A DNA stretch of 64,000 nucleotides, taken from the NCBI RefSeq assembly GCF_009834535.1, contig NC_045697.1, positions 7,690,001 to 7,754,000 of the forward strand, given 5' to 3'. Of this stretch, positions 39,301 to 51,235 are shown one piece after another (the stretch's first letter is position 1; the number at the start of each line of letters is the position of its first letter). The translations under genes were made by a program, and so were the position numbers. The notes below the pieces were generated by a model. The model was not told the DNA's origin. It saw only the letters and a program-made list of their open reading frames with translations, and ran no database searches. The DNA comes from Camelus ferus. Its lineage: Eukaryota.

Positions 39301-40814
39301 TACCCCATCCATGCATTCATTCAACTATTATTCATTAATGCACATTTACTGAGCTCACCAGGAACATGTACGATTCCATAAAAATATAAAGGCCTAGCAA
39401 AATAAACAATGTGTTTTCCCAGTACTCCCAGTTCGGCATGGGAGGTAGCCTTGCTTAAGACCAACTGCACTGGTGTCATGGCAGGTGTGTAAGTAAAGTG
39501 CCAAGGGACCACAGGTAGAAGAGCATCTACTTCATCTAACATGTGAGGGAGAAGACTTTTCTAAGAGCACTCCTCCCAGCTGGGTCTTTGAGACATGAGT
39601 AGAGGAAGGCCCCATGAAAGCAGGCATGGGCAGGGACACCTATTTTGAAATTATCAGTAGTCCTCTGTAGCTTGAACATAAGATGCCTTTGGATTTTAGG
39701 TCAGGCGGAGAGACAATGTCATCATTCACCTTTTGTGAGATACCAAGGGACTGCAGTAACAAGTCTCATAGAAAGTGGGGAACTTGGAGAACAAGTGAGG
39801 GGGTGGTTGAGGAAGAGAGATTCATCACCTACAGGAACATAAGTGGATGAGATGACCCTGGCATCCGTACAAAAGAAAAGCTGGAACAATTAAAAAATGG
39901 ACAAGATGAGATTGCTTAAACAGTCCAGTTAAAATTATTTTGGTCAGAAGAAATTAAAAAGAAGTGGAGATAAAGAGAATGGGATGGATAAAAGGGGACT
40001 TGATGGAGAATAATAGAAACACTCATTTATTCAGGCGATTTCTGATATGAAGAGAAAGAACAAAGGGATTTGTTAAGGACAAATGAGGAACTTGAAGCTC
40101 AGATGGCTTACATTTTTTTGCCAAGGTCAAATGTCTTTTAAGAATTATAACTTATTTCCCATAAGTTCTCTTACTCCCAATGCTACAGGGTCCTTTTCCC
40201 ACACTGTCTTTTGCTTCTCTCTTGGCCATGAGGATCTCATGTGCTATAAAATTCAGTTATGTGACTGTTCCTCCCCTTGGCTCCCAGAATTTTTTGTTAA
40301 TATTTAAAATGAGCAGCTGGGATGTAATGAACCTAGTCTCACTCTACTTCTGGTTTACAGCAAGCACCACAAAGGGGACAAGGACACTGGTAGGCCTGCT
40401 CTTCTCAACTCCGCTATGTCATACACATTTAATTAGTAGCAAAAATAGAAACGCATATTTAGCTCCTTATTCAGCAAGAACTGGAGAGCCACCAGATTAT
40501 AGGCACAGCAGAAGACAATGACTGACGTTTTGACAAAGCCTCCTTTCAGAAATGAACACTCAAGAATGATGACTCAGGCAAATTACCGTTTAATTGCTGA
40601 CCAGTTTTAAACTAGGTCAGCCCCAAATAAGGATGTAAATTGAACTGGATGGAACAAATGCTTGTTACTTGGTCTGATTCAGATGGACTTGACAGAATTG
40701 GGGTTAGATGACAAGAAGCATCCTGAGCTGGATGGTGACACAAGTTTAATGACTCAAGTTATTCAAGAAAGAAACATTTATTACATAAGGCATTATTCTA
40801 GGAAAATTAAACAT

Positions 40815-41405
40815 TGTTCTCTGTTATTGTTGCTCCATGGCAATTTACACAAACTTTGGAGCTTAAAACAACACAATTTATCTCACAGTTTCCATAGTCA
40901 AGATTCCGGGCACCTATTGGCTCGGTCTATTGCTCAGGTTCTCACCAGGCTGAAATCAGACTGTCTGCCGGAGTTCTCCTAGGTTCACTGGTTATTAGCA
41001 AGATTCAGTTACTTTTGATTGTATGATTGAGGACCTTAGCTTGAAGTAGTCTATTGCCATTCCCTGCAATATGTCTTTCCCTACAATATGAAAATAAGAA
41101 AATATATTTATCTTCACTACGACGAAAGAAGAACATGTATGTTGCGTCAACTCTCTCTGACTTCTTCCATCTCTGACTTCCTGATCCTCCTTTACAGGAT
41201 AACAGCCCCTTTTAAATTAAAGTCAACTATTTAGGGGCCTTAATTTCATCTGTAAAACATCTTCACTTTTGCCATGTAAGGTAACCTAATCACAGGAGGG
41301 ACCTTCATCAAATTCATAGGTTCCTCCTCCACTTCAAGGAAGTATTCAAAACTATATGCCAGGGGGAAGAAATTTTGAAATCCACTTAGAATCCTGCCTA
41401 CCACA
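40815..41405 (-). mobile_element. MaLR solo LTR (MLT1D/E-like)
   Basis: GCTTAAAACAACACAATTTATCTCACAGTT; ends CTGCCTACCACA. Confidence 0.8.
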
Positions 41406-41893
41406 ATGCATTTTGGGTGTATAGCTCTTCAAGGTCTAAAGTTAACAGTGACTAGATGCAAATGTGGACTTGTCCAGGAACATTCTACTGTGAGGCAGAG
41501 TTTAGATTTTAATCCTCACCATGCTATTGACAATCTAAGCTCCCAATTTTTCCCTCTAAGAATGATGTTACTAGAAGTAACAATGTCTCAATGTCATGAG
41601 CTGCTAATAACATTTTTTAAAAATAAAAAAAAAGAGAGAGAAAACTCCTGGCATAAAGTGAATGCTTAACAGAGTAAGAGAATGAGTTACCCAACTGTAG
41701 TCTCTGGCTGACATTTCAGGCAGGAAGGCAGAAATGAGATATGTGAGGAGTATAGGAATAGAAAATCAACTTAAATATAATATAGAAGGATAGGGCAACA
41801 ATAGGTACACAACTGGAAATAGTTAATATGATGGCCCACTCTATAGCAAGAGCAATATATAGTGTCATACAATTATAAGCACATATTATTGGG

Positions 41894-42054
41894 TTTTGTT
41901 TTTTTTTTACTTTTTAAATTTAATTTGTTGTTGTTGTTGGAGGGGAGGTAATTAGGTTTATTTATTTGTTTGTTTTTGGAGGAAGTACTGGGAATGGAAC
42001 CCAGGACCCCATGCATGCTAAGCATGTGCTCTACCACTTGAGCTACACCCCCCC
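41894..42054 (-). mobile_element. Camelid tRNA-Ala-derived SINE (Vic-1 type)
   Basis: Minus strand reads GGGGTGTAGCTCAAGTGGTAGAGCACATGCTTAGCATGC...AAACCTAATTACCTCCCC plus an A tail; ATATTATT on both flanks. Confidence 0.9.
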
Positions 42055-42521
42055 AACATATATTATTTTTAATTCGCAGAATAATGCATATTGTTATACT
42101 CATTTGTCAAATGAGGAAACAGGACCAGAAGGCAGATAGTAGAAAAAAGACTCAAACCTTGATGTATTTCTTTTTAAAGTCCATGCACTTTCCACTATAT
42201 CAAACTATCTTTGAATTATGATTTAATCAGGATGTTTTAAATGGTGTAATGTTTGGCAAACCTAAAGAATATTCAGAGGTCCAGAAAAAAATTGACAAAA
42301 AGTTTTCATCTTGGTAGCTTGTCAAAAGTTTTCCAAAATCTAGACTACTAGCTTCGTTCTTTTTTTGTTTTGTTTTGTTTTTTTTGTTTTTTCCCATTAG
42401 CCAGAGAAAGGACATGGAAGAGGAGGGAAGGCCCTGTTTCTCTGGCTCTGTACCTCAAGCCTCGTATCCAGAGAAGTTCTACGCACAGAAAATAAAGTAG
42501 TCCCTGATACTGTAGAGGGAG

Positions 42522-43130
42522 TATACTAGTCACCTACTGCTGCATACATAACAAATTAACACAAAATTAGTGGCTTAAAACAACAAACGTTTATTGTCTC
42601 AGTTTCTGTGGGTCAGGAAAATGGGTGTGGGTTAGCTGAGTCTCCTGCCTAGAGGTTTCTCACAGGCCTAAAGTTAAGATGTTGCTTAGGACTGGGGTTT
42701 CATCTAAAGGCTTGAATGGGAAAGGACCTGCTTCCAAACTTACGTGATTTTTGGTTGCCTTCGTTTCTTCATGAGTTGTAAGAGTGAAGTTCTGAATTCT
42801 TCATGGGCTAAAGAACTGAAAGATGAAATTCTTCACTGGTTATTGGCTGAGACCACCCTCAGTTCCTTTCCACACAAGGCTCTCTCCCACGTGACAGTTT
42901 GCATTATCTAAGCACGCAACCCAAGAAGGCAGTAGAGAGACACTGTTAATAAGACTGAAGTTCAGTCTTAAGTAACATAGTCACCAAAGTGATATCTCAT
43001 CATCTTTGCTGAACCCTATTAGATAGAAGCAAGTCATTAATCCAGCCCACACTCAACTGGAGATTATACAAAGGCATTTATACCAGGATGTTGGGTTCAT
43101 TGTGGGCCATCTTGGAGTCTGCTTGCTATA
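42522..43130 (-). mobile_element. MaLR solo LTR, MLT1F-like
   Basis: AGTGGCTTAAAACAACAAACGTTTATTGTCTCAGTTTCTGTGGGTCAGG...TCCAGCCCACACTCAA...GGGCCATCTTGGAGTCTGC. Confidence 0.85.
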
Positions 43131-43134
43131 TAAG

Positions 43135-43360
43135 AAGTATAACAGAAGGGTCGAGAACGTGTGTTTTCAGGTCCAACATACCTGCTGAAGGTTTGGCTAT
43201 ACCATTTAATATGCATAACATTTGGTGAGCTTTTTTATTATTATTATTACACTTTTGTCATTTGAAATAGGGGTAATTGTGAAGATTAAATAAGGTAATA
43301 AATGTAAAGCACTCATCACAGCACCTGTAACACAGTAACTGTCTCCTACTTATTAGTTAT
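43135..43360 (+). mobile_element. MIR SINE
   Basis: TTGTGAAGATTAAATAAGGTAATAAATGTAAAGCACT tail. Confidence 0.7.
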
Positions 43361-45139
43361 GGTTTTAACAATACATTAAAGCTTGAAGGAAGACATGTTT
43401 GCATGATAGTCTTTATTAAGCATTTATTCAGTATTTCATGTCAAAGTTTCATGTCAAAATATAAAATTGTTTTATTTTTGTTTTGTTTCCATCCTTGAAT
43501 TTCCCCATCACTACTTTTCCTTTTTCATGTGCTTGATCTATACCTTAGGGGTAGGAATAATGATGGGGCTTTTTTTTTAAATAACACTTCTCAATGTTGA
43601 CTTTTATATTTTTATCGTGATCGTGTTTTTCTTACTAGAGTGTAAGCTGTGTTTGGATGACAGTGTCATATGTCCCCTCACTCTCTTTTCTCTGCCAGCA
43701 CCAGTAACAATGTCTGACACATATAAGACATCCAATAAAATGTTGAAGTGAATTAAAATATGAGAGCATGGATGTGCGAACAATATGGTGGATAAGTCAA
43801 TAAACATTTATTGATAATAAAAAGGCTTAAAATATACTCATCCATACTTTTTATTATGTCAAAATAATACTGATTTAAAGCTTGCTTTGCAACTACTGAA
43901 TCAATGTGTTATATACACATACGTCTTCTAGAAGTGTGGTTCTAGAAGACGTTATCACAGGACCAGAGGGAGGCCTGGGAGCACAGGATCAAAGAAGGTC
44001 AGTAACCTGCTCAAGTGGATGTGAAATCACATTCATTAATGACCTTGGCCGATAAAGTCATTTCCATCCACAGGCCAATTGTACCCGAAACCTGGAGCAG
44101 GCTGGCCTGTAAGAGTTCACCTTGGGAGAAAATACAGAAGACTCCAACGGTCACTTCCTCTAACACAGTCTATCTTGGTGAAATTTAACTCATGATTAGC
44201 AGAGCTATAGCATGATTTTGGAGACAAAGGCAAAAAATTTTTGATATTCACAAATCATGTCACCTTGGGTGACTTCTTTATCTTTTTTGTGTCCTCCATG
44301 TTCTTGTCTGTAAGGTGGGACTGATAGAGGTGATGCTGGAAGACACTAGCGAGGCAGTGTGTTTAACCCCCAGCACACATGCTCAATCACTGGTGAAACT
44401 GGTCACCACTGTTGTTACTCAAGACCCAGCTCAATACCCCTCCTTCCAGGAGGCATGGCCACTTCTAGCACAGCTTGCCACTTTCATGGATGTCTGTCAT
44501 TGCACTGCTTAAACTATATTCATCTAACTCTTTTTACCAGGCTGCTAAAGGGTCAGGTCTGATGTTAACTTTTCCCTTCCATACTTCAACACACAGCTTG
44601 GTCCAAAACACAGATATTCAATAGATGTCTACTTGATGTTGACTGCGGTTAGGAGAAGGGTCTGAGAGTCAGGCCATCACTGAGTCATCTATAGCATTTT
44701 ATTTGAGATACTAAAATACAAAATCAAATCTTCTTGGCAGTATTTAGATACAATAGAAACATGGATGCGCTGATCTTAAGGGCGCTTCCAGACAAGATTT
44801 TCTTTTTCTTGAAGATTTCTGCTCAGGTCTCCTTGATGTAAAACCATGCTTTTTTGCACCTTGTGAGATAGTTTTAGAGAAAGACCTGTTTGTGGAAACG
44901 GCAGGCACTCCAGGGATCATTTCCCCTACTGTCTCACAGCGTTTTCTGAATTATGGTCATTTTAGGGAATTTTCTGATTTGATCTGTTTTCTCATCCATG
45001 TCCTTCTCCTTCTTACTGAAGTGTTTCTCATATCCGAGGCGGAAGTCAACTTGTCGTTCCCTATTCCTGTGTAAACACACAGATTCGATCTACAATTTAA
45101 ATTAAAATCACCATTCAGTGCTCCTTACTAGTTTTATTG

Positions 45140-45960
45140 TAGATAATAGCACATTACAAAGACCTTTGCAGACACTTATAGAGCGAAATGACTTTTTTAT
45201 GATAGTAGAAGAAATTTCTTTTTTTTATGTGTCAAGATGATAGTATTAACGGTGATAAACTGAATTAAAGTTCCAGCCATTTCCCCATTTCCAAGTGTTT
45301 CGAACAAAATCTCTACTATGTAAATCTAGATGGTGAATAAACATGCCAATTATTTAGTAACTTATCTCCGTGGTTTGGAAATAGAGATTCAAGAATTTAG
45401 AATTAAATCCTTACATCACACACTAACCACAACCACGTCTATACTGTAACCAGCTCAATCCCATGGGAAAAATTTTGTGCATATACAGTATTCATCAAGT
45501 CACCCCTGTGTCTGCTGTTGTGGTTACTTTCCAACTTGTTTCCAGGTGTAAAATATCTTTCTTTCTCCTGTGCACTCTGCACTATGACTTGAATCTTCTT
45601 TCCCAAACACAACAAGAGCATCAACAATAAGAAAATAATCAGGTAACCATGTATGAAGCTTTGCAGATTTTTTCACACATAACACTCAGTATTTTCAACA
45701 TTGTGAAGTGCATTAAAAACTAAAAAATGGAATGCTGGTATTTCTTGAAGTGTTTGCCTGGTTTTCCTTACATGTTGCACTGATGTCTGGATGTTCGTGA
45801 AACTTCTGATTTTCCCTTCTCTTTCAAATGAAAACAGAAACATCAATAATAATTCAATCATCATTTCCTTGATTCAAAGATGAACTAAAATTTCTATGAG
45901 GTTATACTTGGCAATTCCAACATTCTAAATTATTTCATCAAAAGTGCAAAGAATAACAAA
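45140..45960 (-). mobile_element. Possible highly decayed piggyBac-family transposase fossil
   Basis: Collinear, mostly single-frame motifs FDEII, EMMIELLLM, LHNVEN, KI...EK.RYFTPG, RG...Y...GI and WLVCD; seen by eye only. Confidence 0.35.
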
Positions 45961-47020
45961 GATAATTTATGATAAATTGTAAATACCTATATATTGAATA
46001 AAGTGCCATGTCACTCTGAAAATGCATCAAATCAAATACAAATTTCTGAAGGTTTTAATACTCACCATCATCAGTTTTACTACTGCACGAAAAACATCAG
46101 CTTCTTCTAATTGAATCATAGGTAATTTGGACCAACACTGACAGTAAGAATAACTAAGAAAGATTGGATGACATTTGACAAAAATCTGCTTGAGAACATC
46201 AACAAGGAAACCAGAGAGTGAATATTTATGGGTTCAAGATCCAGAAGAATAAATTTGATACTAAAACTGGCTTTTACAGTTTCTTTTCCTCTAATGACAA
46301 CAGTTGAGTTCCAGAAAAAGCAGCTGAACTACTGAGAAGCCAAGTGGAAATTTTGACAGCCTTCCAGGGCTGCAGAGGAGGCAGATAGAGGCTTGAATAC
46401 TCCAAGGAGAGGGTGCCCTAGTAAATTTTCTGAGCTATGAACTCAGCAAGGCTGCAGCCCAGGACTAATGGTGACGTATAGACCAGCTCACACAGGGACT
46501 GAAGCCCAGCTGTGAACTGTGTGCATCTCTAAATAAGACTAAGTCAACACTGGATTTTTCATGCATGTATTCATCTGACATAAGAAAGGCAAACCTGCTC
46601 TGGAGGAAGATAACCACATGCTGGGTCTCAAATTATCTCTAAAATATCTGTGTACCATGTACAGCCTTCAAAAAGAATAATATCACAAAGAGACAGGAAA
46701 AAAATCATGGAAAAACATGAAAATCAAAAGATGATACATACCCATACATTAGTCTAATAACAATTCAAAACTCAAATAATAAGTTTCTTAACAGATTAGA
46801 CAATGATTAGACACAAATTAGAAATAGTTGAAGGCTGAATATATAGCTGAAGGTGAACTATAAGTCAGAAAAAATATAGACTATATTGTAGAGAGAAAAA
46901 ATTAAAACACAAGAAATATTAGAAAAGTTATATAGAATATGGGGGACATTTGTAAAGTATCTGATATGATGTCTCAGAAAGAGGAGCAAGAGAAAATGGG
47001 AAGAAGCAATATTTAAAGAA

Positions 47021-47143
47021 CTGACTGGGACACTGGGCTGTACACCAGAAATGGACACATTGAAACTGACTATATTTCAATAATAAAAAGACTAAAAATA
47101 AAACAAAGGAAAGACTGTCTGAAAACTGCTTGGGAAAAAAAAA
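47021..47143 (+). mobile_element. Very short camelid L1 3' end plus probable transduced tag and second A tail
   Basis: TGACTGGGACACTGGGCTGTACACCAGAAATGGACACATTG...TTCAATAATAAAAA; AAAGAA at 47015-47020 and 47141-47146. Confidence 0.75.
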
Positions 47144-47146
47144 GAA

Positions 47147-47682
47147 TTTATGACTGAAAATTTGTACCTTTTGACCACCTTCACCCATTTCATCCACCCC
47201 TTCTCACCCCGTCTCTGACAACCACCGATCTGTTCTTTATATCTATGAGCTCTGTTTTTGTCTTTTATGATTTTTAAATATTTGGGGGGGTTAGAGTCCA
47301 CACATAAATGAGATCATATGGTTATTTACGTTTCTTTTTCTGATTTATTTCACTTAGCATAATGCCTTCAAGGTCCATCCACGTTGTCACAAATGGCAAG
47401 ATTTTTCTTTTTTATGGCTGAATAATATTCCTGTATATATATGTATATTATTTTATCCATTCATCCATTGACGGACACTTAGGTTGCTTCCATGTCTTGA
47501 CTATTGTAAAAGAGTAAATCTTAAAAGTGCCCACCGTAAGAAAAATACTGCAAGTGTGTGTGGTGATGTGTGTTAATTAGACTCACTGCAGTGATCATTT
47601 TGCAATAAACGCAGATACTGGATCGTGCTGTACACCTAAAACTAATATAATGTTAAATGTCAGTCATATCTCAATTAAAAAA
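47147..47682. mobile_element. L1MA9-like element with inverted 5' part
   Basis: 47147-47507 is antisense ORF2 end/3'UTR; 47508-47682 is the sense 3' terminus (...GTCATATCTCAATTAAAAAA). Confidence 0.85.
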
Positions 47683-49789
47683 TAATTTATGCTCTGAGTT
47701 TTGTGAAATTGGTGAAAGACATCAAACATCTCAAATTTATGAGAAAATAGCAAAATAACTGAGCAGGATATTCAGACAAGATTTTAAAAATCCCAACAAA
47801 GCATATCATAGTAAAACAGTCAAAAACCAAAAACAAAGAAAAAATTAAAAGCAGCTAGAAAATAGCCAACTAAAGAAAAAAAGGTATATTTATTAGCTTG
47901 AAAGGAAAAAAAAAATGAGACTGACAACTGCCTTCTCTTCAGACACAAAGAAACCAGAAAATAATGAAATAGGGGTCTCTGGAAAGAAATAGTCACTAAC
48001 TTGGACATGTGTATCCAATAAAAATACTTTAAAAATAAATAAATGAAGATGGAATGAAAGTATTTTCAACCAAGAGACAGTAAGAGGATTTGTTGCCATT
48101 AGACTTACACTGAAAGAAATGCTAAAGGATTGACACCCCTTTAGGCAAAGTCAAAATGATCTTAAAGAGACAGTTGGAGATGCAGGAAGATGTTGAGTAC
48201 AGAGAGAGGAAAGGTGTGCACATCTAGGTGAATATTAAATGCATAATAAATTAATAAGAATTATAATTAAAATTATAAAATTAGTAAGAATAATAATAGC
48301 TGTGACCTTTCAGATCTCTTCATGGAATTAAAATATTTGATGGCACATACGGTTCAGAGGGGGTTCATGAAGTTAAAGTGTTCTATGTTTCTCGTATTTC
48401 CTGCCCAGTGGTAATGTTATCAACCTTTAATAAGCCAAGGATGCCTGTAGTGATTTTTCAGGTAACTATTAAAGGAAGAAGAAAAGCAAACGTATAAATT
48501 TAGGGAAGAAATGAAATAAGAAAACCATTCAGTCTAAAAATAGGCAAGCACATTTAAATGTGGAAATCAAAGCTTGTGCAACAAATAGCAGAAGATGGAA
48601 GGATGCAATGTTAACCCGACTACCTCTTACCTTAAAATAAACACATTAAATACTCTGATTAAATACAAATAGTTCAGTTCTGATCCCACCCCACACATAC
48701 ATATCCGTTGCTTAGGAGAAAAACACATTTAATATAAGAATATAGAAATCTGGAATCAAATGCAGTGTATGCATTTGGTTAGATCACAATACACTTTATA
48801 AGGGTTTTTTTTTCAGACGATTACAAATGTTTAATGTTGAATGGATATTAGAGATTTTAAGGAAAAAATATTAGTTTTGTTCGTTATGGCTCATGGCACT
48901 GTGGTTATGCAAGAAAAGGCCCATGCTTTTTAAAGACACATCCTGAGTATCTTGGGTAAAATGACATGAGATCTGGACTTTAAAGCTTTTTCAAACACAA
49001 CAAGAGAAAAAAACAATAAATTAGGAAAATATTTTAAAACCTTGATAGTAATTGAATCTGGGTAACGGAAGGGATGAAATTTATTATGCTGGTATTTTAT
49101 TATTGTTGATGTTTAACTTTTCATGTGAATTTTTAAAAGGTAAGCCACAATCAAAACATAAAACAAAAAGGTAATCTTGGAGCAGGGCCCCAATGATCTT
49201 CCATTAAAAAAAAAAGAGATCATTAACCCCTCCCCCTGAATCATATATGCTGTCAAGTATTTTAATTCCATAAAAAGATTTGAAAGATCATAAGTTATTA
49301 TTATTAATTTATTATGCAGTCAGTATTCATCTAGATGTGCACACCTTTCCTCTCTCTGTACTCAACATCTTCCTGCATCTCCAACTGTCTGTTTAAGATC
49401 ATTTTGATCTTGCCTAATGGGTATCAATCCTTTCATATTTCTTTCAGGATCCCGAATGTAAAAAATGTGCGAAATGCTAGAACTCGGGAACTCCTCAAAC
49501 TCTCATTGAAGTAACTTCTAAAGGAAGTGCCTAAGGAAAAAGGCAACCTAATCCAGATGGAAAAACAAAATTCAAAAAGGAAGGAGAATCACATAAATTG
49601 GTAAATTCAATAAGCTAAAAATAAAGAAGTATAAAAAAATAGTAAATTATAGTAAAATAATAAGTTAAAAAAATGTAAATAAAACAAATTAATTAAATAG
49701 AAAACAAACATAGTAGAGATCAACAAGGCCAAAACCGTTACTTAAAAAAAAAAATGTAACTGGTAATACAGGCACAAGGTATGAATAAA

Positions 49790-51235
49790 ATTTATATATT
49801 GAAAAGCACTTCTCTCATTCCTGCTTTCCACGAAACTACAAGCGATACATGCTCGCGTATTTTTTACGCAAATGTTAGCATTCTTATTTGTTTGGTTTTT
49901 CAGTTGAGACAGGCTCTTGAGAGATTTTTCTTATCTAAACTTAAAAAAAAAAAAAGCCACCATCTTGCAAAGCTGCATAGACTGTGTCCTGCATGCGAGT
50001 CTTTCTCTATAAATTTAACCAGCTCCCAATTGAAGCATGTTTATTTGATTTTGTTTCTCCTGTCAACCTGTTGTTCCTACACGAATGTAGATATCTGTAG
50101 GATGCATTCCTGGAATATAATTAATTCAGGCTGAAGGTAACCACATTTAAGATTTTCATTTGTTTTCTTAAGTAATTTTTAAATTTACAGTGCCATCAGC
50201 CGTGTGTTTCTGCCCACTCTCAACACCATTAATGTTAAACATTTTAAAACTGCCAACCTGAACATAAAAAATTTGCATCTTAAGATTTTATCCTTATGAC
50301 CAGTGATGAAAATATGTTCACAGGTTTAAAATTACTTTTTTCTGTGCAGTGTTGATATTTTTTATCCTTTTTTTTCCTCCTGGGTGTTGAACTTGGTCTT
50401 ATTTTTTTGTGAGTCCTCATTATATACTAAATTAAAGAAATTGGTCTGTAATTAAACACAAACGTGCAGGGGTGATTTTTTTCCCTTCAGTTTTTCATTT
50501 GTGCTTTAAAGTTGCATATTTGGGGGCTTATTGTGATGCAAACCTTTTTGTTTTAGTTTATGTACAGTTGAAATTACAGGTTTTTTCCTCCCACAACTCT
50601 TAGGATCTATGTTAGAAATTTATTTTTTATTTCAAACACTTTTTTAATCTAATGCTTTTTAGAACATTTACGGTTTCATGTTGTTTTCTAATTTCAATAT
50701 TTTGTACGAGGTACAAGTTATAGAATCTAATTTAAAAACTTTTTCCAGTGGCTATCCAGTTGTCTCAACAACAATTTTGACATAATCTATCCTTCCTCCA
50801 CTGATTTGAAATGACACCATTTCAATATACTATATTTTCACGCATTAGATCTGTCCCTGGACTTTTTCTACCATTTCATTGATCTCTGACTGTTCATATG
50901 ATAGTAATACACTATGTATTTATGTCCCTTTATTACAACCAACTGATCCTCCTTAAGTATTTTTCTCCTTAAATATTGTTTTGACTACTTACAATTGTTT
51001 AATTTTTCCATTTGAACTTAAGGTTTATTTAGCACCAATAGAATCTTTTTAGTATTTTTATCAGGTTACAGAAATGCATAATTTTTAATGAGAATTGCCA
51101 TCCTTAGGAGGCTGTTTTATATTCAAAAACATAGTTTGCCCTTCTATTCTGCTGAAATATATCTTTATGTCTTTGAGAGGCATTTAAAGATTTATTTACA
51201 AAGGCTTTACACAACTCTTTGCTATGATTATAAAT
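49790..51235 (-). mobile_element. Old L1ME-type ORF2/3' remnant
   Basis: TATCCAGTTGTCTCAACAAC, CTGATTTGAAATGACACC and AGAATTGCCATC in reverse L1 order. Confidence 0.7.

Larger units (their letters stand above)
46135..48750 (+). mobile_element. Old L1M 5'/ORF1 region hosting two later L1 insertions
   Basis: GAAGAAGCAATATTTAAAGAA, AAATTGGTGAAAGACATCAA and TTACACTGAAAGAAATGCTAAAGGA are L1 ORF1-region relics. Confidence 0.65.

Noticed and set aside
41982..42054. tRNA-Ala(AGC)-like sequence (similar heads at ~18290, ~28590 and 55759)
   Set aside because: Followed by the SINE body and A tail, with stem mismatches; these are SINE heads, not tRNA genes
46060..46140. Minus-strand donor ATG|GTGAGT with a short open frame
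   Set aside because: No convincing acceptor; the upstream sequence runs into an old L1
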